This document shows positions 48,334 to 57,054 of a stretch of DNA of 64,000 nucleotides, piece after piece. The notes below the pieces were generated by a model. It was not told the origin of the DNA, searched no databases, and saw only the letters and a program-made list of their open reading frames with translations. A program made the position numbers and the translations under genes. Position 1 is the stretch's first letter, and the number at the start of each line of letters is the position of its first letter. The DNA lies in assembly GCA_038249055.1 (NCBI GenBank), contig JBBRWS010000001.1, positions 14,244 to 78,243 on the forward strand, read 5' to 3'. This DNA comes from Minisyncoccia bacterium. Its GTDB lineage: Bacteria > Patescibacteriota > Minisyncoccia > Phycocordibacterales > UBA9973.

Positions 48334-48587
48334 TTAATTTTTTTATAACCTTACAGCCATTTATCAGAACTTGCTTATAGGAAATATAAGGAGGTTTTGA
48401 ATGATTGAGGGTCTATGGTTATAAATTTAATTAAAGGGTAGGGTATTGACAAATAATTAAATATATGCTAAACTGTAAAGTAACTTTGTTTTTTGACATT
48501 TTTGATTCTAAGTTATTTTGTTTGCTGTTTCAAGGGTCTCTAAGGATTTTTGAGACAGTAAATAATTTAACTTAAATCTATAATAAA

Positions 48588-49304
48588 ATGGAAGTTCAAA
48601 AAACATTATCACTAACAACTAAGCAAGAAAAAAACTTATTACTCTTACTTTTGGGTGAACCAAATGATTTGGATCTTACAAAAGATCAAGCAAATCAGAT
48701 TATGGCTAATCTTGAGAAAACATTATCAACAATGTATTTAAGTGATGATAATCGATTTGGTCCAGCTTCTGAAACTTTCAGAATCACGGTTCCAGAAAAT
48801 TATAATCACGAAACACAAATTGATGAGTTTGCTAGCTCATGGATGGTGGAACAATCAGAGCATGATAAATACCACAACAAACCTCAACTCGTTGGATATT
48901 TTGATAGAGGTTTAACTAGTAAAAACTACGAAAAGGCTACTTATCAATTGGTCCCTGGTAAAAAATACTGGGTAAAATTGATTCCTATCCTAGATACAGT
49001 TAATGGTAAAGACTGCTTAGAGTTTTCGAAAAAACAAGGGGCTGTATTGGTTGGAGTACAAGGTCTAACCTTACTATGTGAGATTGAACTTAAGAAGTTA
49101 TTAAGTGGATATTACACAAAAGGAACTCGGGTTTATTCTTTAGATGAGCAACAGGCATTATTTAACAACAATATACCTGTGTTATGCTTTACTGAAGATA
49201 GACACTTTGTTTCTTGTCCTAACTCTTTAGATTTTTATACTCATGAGTATGAAAAGGAGATATATTATAAAAATTTTTTGTTGTGTTTCTTTGAACTGAC
49301 ATAA
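48588..49304 (+). CDS. Hypothetical protein
   Basis: 238-aa ORF with a TTGACA-17-TAAACT promoter (48446-48474). Confidence 0.7.
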   Translation: MEVQKTLSLTTKQEKNLLLLLLGEPNDLDLTKDQANQIMANLEKTLSTMYLSDDNRFGPASETFRITVPENYNHETQIDEFASSWMVEQSEHDKYHNKPQLVGYFDRGLTSKNYEKATYQLVPGKKYWVKLIPILDTVNGKDCLEFSKKQGAVLVGVQGLTLLCEIELKKLLSGYYTKGTRVYSLDEQQALFNNNIPVLCFTEDRHFVSCPNSLDFYTHEYEKEIYYKNFLLCFFELT

Positions 49305-49383
49305 CAAAAAATTACTATTTGATAGTAGCAGTCTAATTGATTGCTACTATTTTTTTTATAAAGTATTATAATAAGCAGATTAT

Positions 49384-49905
49384 ATGGAAAAATTTACTAT
49401 AGCCGTCGGTACAACTTCAAACCAAAAGATTGGCTATTTAAAAGAGGTCTTAAAAGAATTAGATATTAAATCCGTTATTATACCCATTAGTGTAGAAAGT
49501 GGAGTTGCTGAACAGCCAATAACATCAAATGAAACTAAAAAAGGTTCTAAAAATAGAGCAAAAAATGTGATTAAAGAAGTTAATCATTTTGATTTTGCTT
49601 TAGGTATTGAAATTGGATATCATAAATATTTAAAAAATAAATATGAAATTTTTTGCTGGGTGACTTTAATCGATAAACTTGGCTATAAAATATCCGGACA
49701 ATCTCATAAATTTCTTTTACCAAAATATCACCAAAATTTTTTAAATGATGGCAAAAATCTTGGTGATAACTTAGACGGTTACTCTAAAAAAATAAAAAAT
49801 TCTATGGACATATATATAGAAGATATGATTCGTCACAGAAAACCTTTTATAGTAGGTGCATTGAAAGATGTATTGGTTAGATATTTTAAAAAAGAAGATT
49901 ATTAA
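49384..49905 (+). CDS. Inosine/xanthosine triphosphatase (YjjX/DUF84 family)
   Basis: VGTTS..K, VESGVAEQP...ET..G..NRA, GIE.G. Confidence 0.85.
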   Translation: MEKFTIAVGTTSNQKIGYLKEVLKELDIKSVIIPISVESGVAEQPITSNETKKGSKNRAKNVIKEVNHFDFALGIEIGYHKYLKNKYEIFCWVTLIDKLGYKISGQSHKFLLPKYHQNFLNDGKNLGDNLDGYSKKIKNSMDIYIEDMIRHRKPFIVGALKDVLVRYFKKEDY

Positions 49906-49987
49906 AAAAGTGAATAATTATAATAATTTTTAAAATGTTTTTATGTTATAATTAAAATAAAATTATCAATTTTAAATAAATAAATTC

Positions 49988-50956
49988 ATGGATACTAATA
50001 AAATAAATATTGATATGTCAGATGATGAAAAAGAAAAAAAGATGCTTCAAATGATTGAAGAGCGTTTTAAAACCATATTTGAGCAAGCACCTTTAGGTAT
50101 TGCTTTAATTGATTCTAATACAGGGCATATATACGAAGTTAATTCACGCTTTGCTAAAATTTGTGGCAGATCAGTAGAAGAGATGTCAAATATTGATTGG
50201 ATGCAAATAACGCATCCTGATGATATAAAAAAAGACCAAGAAAATATGGCTTTATTAAATGCTGGTAAAATACATGAGTTTAGTATGGAAAAACGCTATA
50301 TTCATCCTGATGGTAAAATTGTTTGGATTAATATGACGATTGCCCCATTAAAATCCGATGATAATACAAGCCCACGTCATTTGTGTATGATAGAAGATAT
50401 TACTGAACGTAAGCATCTGGATGAAAATATTTATAATTCTCAAATGTTGTTAAAAAGAATAATTAATCTTTTGCCGGTAAGAATATTTTGGAAGGATAAA
50501 AAATTAGTATATCTTGGTTGTAATAATATTTTTGCCAAAGATGCAGGTAAAAATAGTCCCGAGGAGCTAATTGGTAAGGATGATTTCGATATGGGATGGA
50601 AAGATCAAGCTAAATTATATCAAGACGACGATTTATTGGTTATAAATTCAGGAAAACCAAAACTTAATTTTGAAGAAGTTCAAACTACCCCTAATGGAGA
50701 AACAATATGGTTACGAACAAATAAAGTACCTCTAACTAATTTAGAAGGTAATGTAATTGGTATTTTGGGCTCCTATGAAGATATTACAAAAAATAAACTA
50801 GCGGAAGATGAAATAAAAAAATCTAAAGATGATTTACTATTAAAAATTGATGAATTAGATAGGACTATAAAATTAATGGTTGGAAGAGAATTAAGTATGA
50901 TTGAATTAAAAAATAAAATTACTGAATTAGAAAAAATTATTTCAAATTGTAAATAA
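49988..50956 (+). CDS. Tandem PAS-domain protein without known output domain
   Basis: THPDD, EKRY, DITERK, FWKD...YLGCN, EDIT. Ends IKLMVGRELSMIELK. Confidence 0.85.
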   Translation: MDTNKINIDMSDDEKEKKMLQMIEERFKTIFEQAPLGIALIDSNTGHIYEVNSRFAKICGRSVEEMSNIDWMQITHPDDIKKDQENMALLNAGKIHEFSMEKRYIHPDGKIVWINMTIAPLKSDDNTSPRHLCMIEDITERKHLDENIYNSQMLLKRIINLLPVRIFWKDKKLVYLGCNNIFAKDAGKNSPEELIGKDDFDMGWKDQAKLYQDDDLLVINSGKPKLNFEEVQTTPNGETIWLRTNKVPLTNLEGNVIGILGSYEDITKNKLAEDEIKKSKDDLLLKIDELDRTIKLMVGRELSMIELKNKITELEKIISNCK

Positions 50957-51015
50957 CAACTATACTATTCTTTTATATTTAAACATTATATAAAAAATAG
51001 GGGCATAATATTACA

Positions 51016-51071
51016 AAATATATTACAATAAATAACCATCTAATTAGATGGTTATTTATTGTAATATATTT
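51016..51071. terminator. 56-bp perfect palindrome between convergent genes
   Basis: AAATATATTACAATAAATAACCATCTAA|TTAGATGGTTATTTATTGTAATATATTT. Confidence 0.8.
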
Positions 51072-51076
51072 ACTAT

Positions 51077-52288
51077 TTAAATATTATTATATTTTTCACC
51101 AATAATTTTATATGCATCTCGAAAAGGTATATTTTTTTCTTTTACAAGTTCGTATGCTTCTTCTGTTGCATATATTTCAGTTGAACATGCTTTTTTTAAC
51201 ATTTCTTTATTTATGACGATGTTATCTACTATAAGTGAAGTTATTTTAATTGTGTCGATAGCATTTTTTACACCTTTTAAATATGGTTCTTTTGTTAACT
51301 GAAAACCTCTGCTGTATCCCGAAGGTAATTTCTCCGTTATGTTTTGAAGTTGAGAAATAATTCCATTAAACAAAGATACGTTGGCGATTGAAAGTTCTAA
51401 CACATCATAATTATGTTTCTGTGGCATAACACTTGAGCCAGTAGTAAATTCATTTGGCAAAGAGACAAAATTATATTCTTTGGTTGTAAACAACATTAAA
51501 TCAGTGCAAAGTTTTCCAATATCAAACATTATTAATGATAAAGTTTGAAGTATAATAAGTTCAAATTTTCCTCTTGATAATGCACAGTACATAGGATTTT
51601 CTTGTGTATGTGAAAACCCTAATATTTTCGTTGTTAAATTTCTATTTAAACCTAAAGTATTTTCACCATATCCTGCAACTGAACCAAGAGGATTTTGGTC
51701 TATTATTTTTAAGGTGCTATTTAATATAATTAAATCGTCCCTTAATGCATCTCTAAATGATCCTAGCCAAACAGAAACTGAGCTCGGCATTGCTTTTTGC
51801 ATATGCGTATATCCAGGCATAATTACTTTATTATGTTTTTTTATTTTTTTATTCAATGAATGAATTAATTTGTTAGTTTCTTTAATGGATTCAATTATTT
51901 TTTCCTTCATATGTAATCTCAGAGCAGTTAATATTTGGTCATTTCTTGATCTTCCTGTATGAATTTTTTTACCTACATCACCACAAATATTGGTTAAATA
52001 ATTCTCTATAGCTGTATGACAATCTTCATCATTTTTTTCAATCTTAAAATTTCCAGTTCTTAAATCTTTGATTAAAAGTTTTAATCCTTTAATTAAGGAA
52101 TTCAATTCTTTATTTGAGAGAATTTTAATTGCATAAAGCATTTTAGCGTGAGCAATAGATGCTTTAATATCATATTCGATAAGTTCTTTATCTAATATGT
52201 AATCTATCCCTACCGTATAATTTTCAATTTGTTTATTAAGTGTATTTTGGCCCGATTTTTGCCAAAGTTTACTATTTTTTGTTTCCAT
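51077..52288 (-). CDS. argH: Argininosuccinate lyase
   Basis: KIHTGRSRNDQ, MPGYTHMQKA, TGSSVMPQKHN.D, PFRDAY. Confidence 0.96.
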   Translation of the reverse strand: METKNSKLWQKSGQNTLNKQIENYTVGIDYILDKELIEYDIKASIAHAKMLYAIKILSNKELNSLIKGLKLLIKDLRTGNFKIEKNDEDCHTAIENYLTNICGDVGKKIHTGRSRNDQILTALRLHMKEKIIESIKETNKLIHSLNKKIKKHNKVIMPGYTHMQKAMPSSVSVWLGSFRDALRDDLIILNSTLKIIDQNPLGSVAGYGENTLGLNRNLTTKILGFSHTQENPMYCALSRGKFELIILQTLSLIMFDIGKLCTDLMLFTTKEYNFVSLPNEFTTGSSVMPQKHNYDVLELSIANVSLFNGIISQLQNITEKLPSGYSRGFQLTKEPYLKGVKNAIDTIKITSLIVDNIVINKEMLKKACSTEIYATEEAYELVKEKNIPFRDAYKIIGEKYNNI

Positions 52289-53513
52289 CTTTTTTTATAT
52301 TATTTCTTTTAATGTTTTGAAGTCGAAGTGGTAGAGCCATTAGTTTAATAAATCCGATTGCATCTTTTGGTGTATATGCTCCACCATCATCATCCATGGT
52401 TGCAATATTTATGTCATACAATGAACATGGAGATTTTCTACCAGTGATAGTTATATTTCCCTTATAAAGTTCTAACCTTACAGTTCCAGTTACATATTTT
52501 TGAGTTTCATCAATAAATGCATTCAGCGCTTTCATTTTATCGGAAAACCAAAATCCATTATATGTAAGTTCTGCAAATTCAGGCATTAATTTGTCTCTTA
52601 AATGAATAAGGTCTCTATCTGTTGTTATACTTTCCATAGCTCTGTGAGCTTTCCATAATATAGTTGCTCCAGGAGTTTCGTAAACTCCACGTGATTTCAT
52701 TCCAACAAAACGATTTTCTACTAAGTCTAAACGACCAATCCCGTTTATTGAACCCAAGTTATTTAGAGTCTGCATAATTTTTAATGGGTTCATTTTTTTA
52801 TCATTTATTTTAATTGGAATACCTTTTTCAAATGCAATCGTTATACCAGTTATTTTATTTGGTGCTTTTTGGGGAGAGACTGTATACTCATACATTTCGG
52901 TTGGTGGTTTGAACCAAGGGTCTTCTAATACTCCTGATTCAAAAGATATGTGCATTAAATTTTCATCTGTTGACCAAGGGGCCTTTTTTGTAGCTTTGAT
53001 AGGGATATTATTTTCTTTAGCAAAAGCGATCATTTCCGCTCTTCCTGGAAATTGAGCTAAAAATTCCTCATTTTTCCAAGGTGCCAGTATTTTTATATCA
53101 GGTTTTAATGCATAGTATGTTATTTCAAAACGTACTTGGTCATTTCCTTTTCCTGTAGCTCCATGAGATACAATAGTTGCTTTTTCTTTATTTAGAATTT
53201 CAATTTGTTTCTGAGCTATTATTGGACGTGCAAGGGAAGTTCCCAAATAATATTCTCCCTCATATTGAGCATTCCATTTTAGTGCGGTAAAAACATATTT
53301 ATTTATAAATTCTTCTTTAGCATCTATAACATATACTTTGGATGCTCCACAAATTGTAATTGCCTTATGCTTTATTTTTTCTATATCTGATACTTTTTGT
53401 CCTATATCGACCAAACAACAAATAACCTCATAACCTTTATCGACTAACCATTTTACAATAATGGAAGTATCTAAACCTCCAGAGTATGCCAAAACAATTT
53501 TTTCTTTTTTCAT
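52272..53513 (-). CDS. argG: Argininosuccinate synthase
   Basis: LAYSGGLDTS, HGATGKGNDQVRFE, ENRFVGMKSRGVYETPG. Confidence 0.98.
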   Translation of the reverse strand: MKKEKIVLAYSGGLDTSIIVKWLVDKGYEVICCLVDIGQKVSDIEKIKHKAITICGASKVYVIDAKEEFINKYVFTALKWNAQYEGEYYLGTSLARPIIAQKQIEILNKEKATIVSHGATGKGNDQVRFEITYYALKPDIKILAPWKNEEFLAQFPGRAEMIAFAKENNIPIKATKKAPWSTDENLMHISFESGVLEDPWFKPPTEMYEYTVSPQKAPNKITGITIAFEKGIPIKINDKKMNPLKIMQTLNNLGSINGIGRLDLVENRFVGMKSRGVYETPGATILWKAHRAMESITTDRDLIHLRDKLMPEFAELTYNGFWFSDKMKALNAFIDETQKYVTGTVRLELYKGNITITGRKSPCSLYDINIATMDDDGGAYTPKDAIGFIKLMALPLRLQNIKRNNIKKDGNKK

Positions 53514-53528
53514 AAAAAATAGTTTTTT

Positions 53529-53640
53529 AATAATAAAAGCGACCTCTGGACTTGAGATCGCTTTTAAATATTTATATTTTTTGGAGTTAGTTAATTATCA
53601 AATTAAATACTCTGAAGCGACCTCAAATTTTTTGAGTCGC
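53529..53640 (-). promoter_or_regulatory. Predicted transcription attenuator (segments 1-4) of argGH
   Basis: Minus strand: seg1 GCGACTCAAA (53640-53631), seg2 TTGAGGTCGCTT (53626-53615), seg3 AAGCGATCTCAA (53563-53552), seg4 GAGGTCGC (53546-53539), then TTTTATTATT. Confidence 0.8.
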
Positions 53641-53680
53641 CCCGACGAGATATTAAGTTGATAATCACTTTTGATATCAT
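53603..53680 (-). CDS. Putative arginine leader peptide (25 aa)
   Basis: MISKVIINLISRRGDSKNLRSLQSI*. Tandem CGT-CGG at 53647-53642 lies just 5' of seg1. Confidence 0.75.
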   Translation of the reverse strand: MISKVIINLISRRGDSKNLRSLQSI

Positions 53681-53686
53681 ATTGAT

Positions 53687-53716
53687 ATGTTAGCAATATT
53701 ATAATCTTTTTGTCAA
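53687..53716 (-). promoter_or_regulatory. Sigma70 promoter for the arg leader (leaderless)
   Basis: TTGACA (53716-53711), 18-nt spacer ending in TGC, TAACAT (53692-53687). The ATG starts 7 nt downstream. Confidence 0.7.
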
Positions 53717-53791
53717 GATATGAATCTTATCATATAAAAAACCTGGCCACGGATGGTCAGGTTTTTTTTGTATTTATCTTTAAGAATATTC

Positions 53792-55114
53792 TTAAAGTAG
53801 GTTACTGGCAAGTTCCGCCAGATAAGAGCGTTCTCCTTTCATTAAAGCAACATGAGCATAAATGCTTTGCCCTTTAAATTTGGAAATGACATAGCTTAGC
53901 CCGTTTGAATTTTGGTCGAGATACGGAGAATCAATTTGGGTTACATCACCCATAAAAATGATTTTTGTATCTTCTCCAGCGCGAGTAATAATAGCTTTTG
54001 CATCTTTGGGAGTTAAATTCTGGGCTTCATCAACAATGAAATATGTTTTTGGAATGCTCCTCCCTCGAATGAAGGTTAGGGGCTCCATGATGAAAATCCC
54101 ATCCTTTTCAAATTTGTCAATTATTTCCTTGTTTTTCCCTATGCTTTTAATAAGAGCAACATTGTCATATATACCACGCATATACGGAGAAAGTTTTTCT
54201 TTTGTATCACCAGGTAAATATCCAATATCCTTGTTCGAAAGTCCAATTATCTCACGAGTAAAGTAGAATTGGTTCATTTTATTCTCCTTTAATAGTTGTA
54301 ATCCTACAGCCGCAGCAATGAGAGTCTTACCTGTACCTGCTTTGCCCACAAGAGTTACAAAAGAAATATTAGGATCAAATAAAGCTGACATCGCAAATGT
54401 TTGTTCAGCATTTAATGCGCTTATTCCGAAAGGTTTTAAATTTCCTTTTGTAACCAAGTGAATTTCTTTTTTCTTGAAACAAGCAAGAGCTGTATTTTTT
54501 TCAGACTCAAGAAAAATGAATTCATTTTCGTATAGATTCTCTTTCTTTTGTAAATTGATTTTTCCCTTGGAATACAATTCTTCAACTTCTTTTTCAGATA
54601 CAATAATTTCTTGTGCTTTTGCATAGAATGAATTTACATTTGAAACGATATCATTCTTGTAGTCTTCGGCAGCTACTCCCAAAGCCCCAGCTTTTAAGCG
54701 AAGATTTCCATCTTTAGAAACTAAAATAACTTTAATTCCTTTTTTCACAATTTCATCATCAATTGAGAGATTGTAGGCAGCATTTAGAATCAGGTGGTCA
54801 GTTTCTTTCGATGAGAAAATTTTCTTTACATTCTCATGAAAAGGATATCCTACAATAATTCTCATCTTGCCCAAGCCTTCTCCTAAAGGCGCACCGCCAT
54901 TGTAAAGAAGTTTAACAGGTAATTTTTCAATTTCCCGGATTGCTTCTCTCGCGTTGAAATTAATCGAGTCAGATCCTTTTTTAAACTTATCCAACTCGCT
55001 AATAACTTCAATAGGAATCACAATATCATTCTCTTTAAAAGATGAGAGGGACTCACTGTCATGCAAGATGACATTTGTGTCCAAGACAAAAAGCTTCTTT
55101 TGTTGCTTTTTCAT
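53792..55114 (-). CDS. PIN-PhoH (PhoH2/YlaK-like) protein
   Basis: FVLDTNV, ELD.FK, VSKD.NLR, GKAGTGKT, IRGRS, DEAQN. Confidence 0.93.
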   Translation of the reverse strand: MKKQQKKLFVLDTNVILHDSESLSSFKENDIVIPIEVISELDKFKKGSDSINFNAREAIREIEKLPVKLLYNGGAPLGEGLGKMRIIVGYPFHENVKKIFSSKETDHLILNAAYNLSIDDEIVKKGIKVILVSKDGNLRLKAGALGVAAEDYKNDIVSNVNSFYAKAQEIIVSEKEVEELYSKGKINLQKKENLYENEFIFLESEKNTALACFKKKEIHLVTKGNLKPFGISALNAEQTFAMSALFDPNISFVTLVGKAGTGKTLIAAAVGLQLLKENKMNQFYFTREIIGLSNKDIGYLPGDTKEKLSPYMRGIYDNVALIKSIGKNKEIIDKFEKDGIFIMEPLTFIRGRSIPKTYFIVDEAQNLTPKDAKAIITRAGEDTKIIFMGDVTQIDSPYLDQNSNGLSYVISKFKGQSIYAHVALMKGERSYLAELASNLL

Positions 55115-55238
55115 AACCTAGTTTTTAGTGAATATCAAAGACTATATTTATCTTAAAATTACTCTTTATCGGGGGATATGTCAATTAAATAAACGCCTGC
55201 AAAGATTAATCTTTGCAGGCATTTTAAATGTCATTTTT

Positions 55239-55670
55239 TTAGTTCAATCCAGTAAAATTTAAACCAACGGAGTCAAAAGTATAAACAGCTATTTCTATAT
55301 ATTTCCATAATATAATAAAAATAGGTCTTTTAATTTTTCCTTCACTTAACAACATAACTCCATGCAGTAAATACCTTTGACTGTCTAAATTACCGAGTAA
55401 AACTCTGGTTGACAAGGATAATTGTGAAGTCATTTCTTCACCCATAGTTGTTTCTATGTAGCAATTATTGTTGGTAAAAAATGTACCCGGTAAAATTACT
55501 TCGTCGATAATAATTTTTGATTTAATTTCAATCGGTTCTCCATGTTCAGTTTGTTTTTCTATTAACCCAGACATTTCGATTTCAGGGATTAAATAGTCGA
55601 CAAATAATTTCCATTTTTCCTCATCATATTCTAAATAGATGATATCAGTAGCCAAAATTGTTAAATCCAT
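55239..55670 (-). CDS. Hypothetical protein
   Basis: 143-aa ORF with upstream TTGACA and a downstream palindrome at 55195-55220. Confidence 0.6.
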   Translation of the reverse strand: MDLTILATDIIYLEYDEEKWKLFVDYLIPEIEMSGLIEKQTEHGEPIEIKSKIIIDEVILPGTFFTNNNCYIETTMGEEMTSQLSLSTRVLLGNLDSQRYLLHGVMLLSEGKIKRPIFIILWKYIEIAVYTFDSVGLNFTGLN

Positions 55671-55900
55671 AGTCTATTTTTTTTAGTTTTGTTTACTGGT
55701 TTTAATTTAGATTATTCTTTTTAATATTTATTGTCAACGTTTAGTAATAATTGTTCTTGTTGGTTCATGTGGCAAGAATTGGTGATTTGCGGATAGTTTA
55801 TTAGAACTTGACCATATAAAATTCAAGTGGATTTAAGGATTTTGAATATAAAAAGAAGCATCCATTTCTGAATGCTTCTATTTCATTAACACAATAAAAA

Positions 55901-56344
55901 TTAATTTTCATCGCCAACTTCTTGGATTATTTTCACAAAAGAGCCACGACTTTTACCATAAGAATGTCCAAGTAAAAGATTTCGTATTCCTCTATAAGTT
56001 TCCTGGTCAGAATTGAACGAGAAACGATTATACCACCAGTAATAACGGAAGCCTTCGAATTTTATAAGTTCTTTCCACTGCGTAGTGTCAAACTGTACGA
56101 GTCTGCAATCCATGTTGCGAGTCGCAGAAGTAATACAAACTCTTTGGGGTCTGGTATCAATCTTTGTTGCCAAAACCCACGGTAAAGTTAAATGGTGTCC
56201 AGCACGTTGATCTGATTTTAATTCACCAGTAAAAACATTGAATGTTATACCAAATTCATAACTATCCGTGTAGTGGTAAAAAGAAAGATAACAAGTAAAA
56301 ATTATTATTGCGATAATACTCACAATTTTTATGTTCTTTTTCAT
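55901..56344 (-). CDS. SPFH/Band-7-like membrane protein (truncated type)
   Basis: TM segment, then DSYEFGITFN.FTG...GHHLT.PW....IDTRP. Confidence 0.55.
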   Translation of the reverse strand: MKKNIKIVSIIAIIIFTCYLSFYHYTDSYEFGITFNVFTGELKSDQRAGHHLTLPWVLATKIDTRPQRVCITSATRNMDCRLVQFDTTQWKELIKFEGFRYYWWYNRFSFNSDQETYRGIRNLLLGHSYGKSRGSFVKIIQEVGDEN

Positions 56345-56881
56345 TTACTGCGTTTTTACAGGTAGATAATTTTGCAGAGTATCTGCTGTTGTTGATGTTG
56401 TGGTCATAATTTCAAGGAACGTATATTTCTTTTGTAAATGTTCCTTGCTGTAACCATCTGTTGCACATCCTTCATACGCATATATTTTCAATATCTGCGA
56501 TAAAGTTTCCTGGTCGTAATCCATTCTTCCGTGGTATTCAAGTAATTGAATGAGACCTACCGGTTTGAAGCGTACCAACATTGCGTTTAGCACGCGAGTA
56601 TTTACACCACTCGTACTAGTACTACTACCTGATATATTTGCCTCAATACGAATTTGTACGGGGCGTGTATCGATAGTATGTATTTCTACAAAAAAGGGTG
56701 TAATACGGTGCCAACCAGTTCTTGTAAGCATAGTAGTTTGGCCTGTAGCTTTGTCAAATTTATAGCCCAGTTCATAACTGTCTACGAATGTCCACCAATT
56801 GTAACGGTAGATTATTCCTCCAATCAAAATTACAACTACAAGAATCCCAGTAATGATCCATCTTTTTTCCGAAGTTTCCAT
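56345..56881 (-). CDS. SPFH/Band-7-like membrane protein, paralogue of the downstream gene (start reassigned to ATG 56881)
   Basis: TM segment, then VDSYELGYKFD..TG...GWHRITPF....IDTRP. Confidence 0.55.
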   Translation of the reverse strand: METSEKRWIITGILVVVILIGGIIYRYNWWTFVDSYELGYKFDKATGQTTMLTRTGWHRITPFFVEIHTIDTRPVQIRIEANISGSSTSTSGVNTRVLNAMLVRFKPVGLIQLLEYHGRMDYDQETLSQILKIYAYEGCATDGYSKEHLQKKYTFLEIMTTTSTTADTLQNYLPVKTQ

Positions 56882-57054
56882 AATATTAGTGTTTTTTAAG
56901 GTGACGCCTTTCGGCAATTTTGTCCTAATATATCATATAAAGTACATTTTGTCAATGGTGACTCTACAGGTATTTATTAAAACTCTATTGTTGATAACAC
57001 AAGGAGATTTAATGGTTTTATGTTTATTTATTATAAGATGCTAATATCTAAAAT

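Noticed and set aside
53461-53661. 66-aa plus-strand ORF over the argG leader
   Set aside because: Antisense to argG and its attenuator; the minus-strand leader explains the region.
53529-53680. T-box riboswitch upstream of argG
   Set aside because: No AAGGTGGAACC/AGGGTGGNACCGCG T-box motif or specifier stem is present, and the leader is short.
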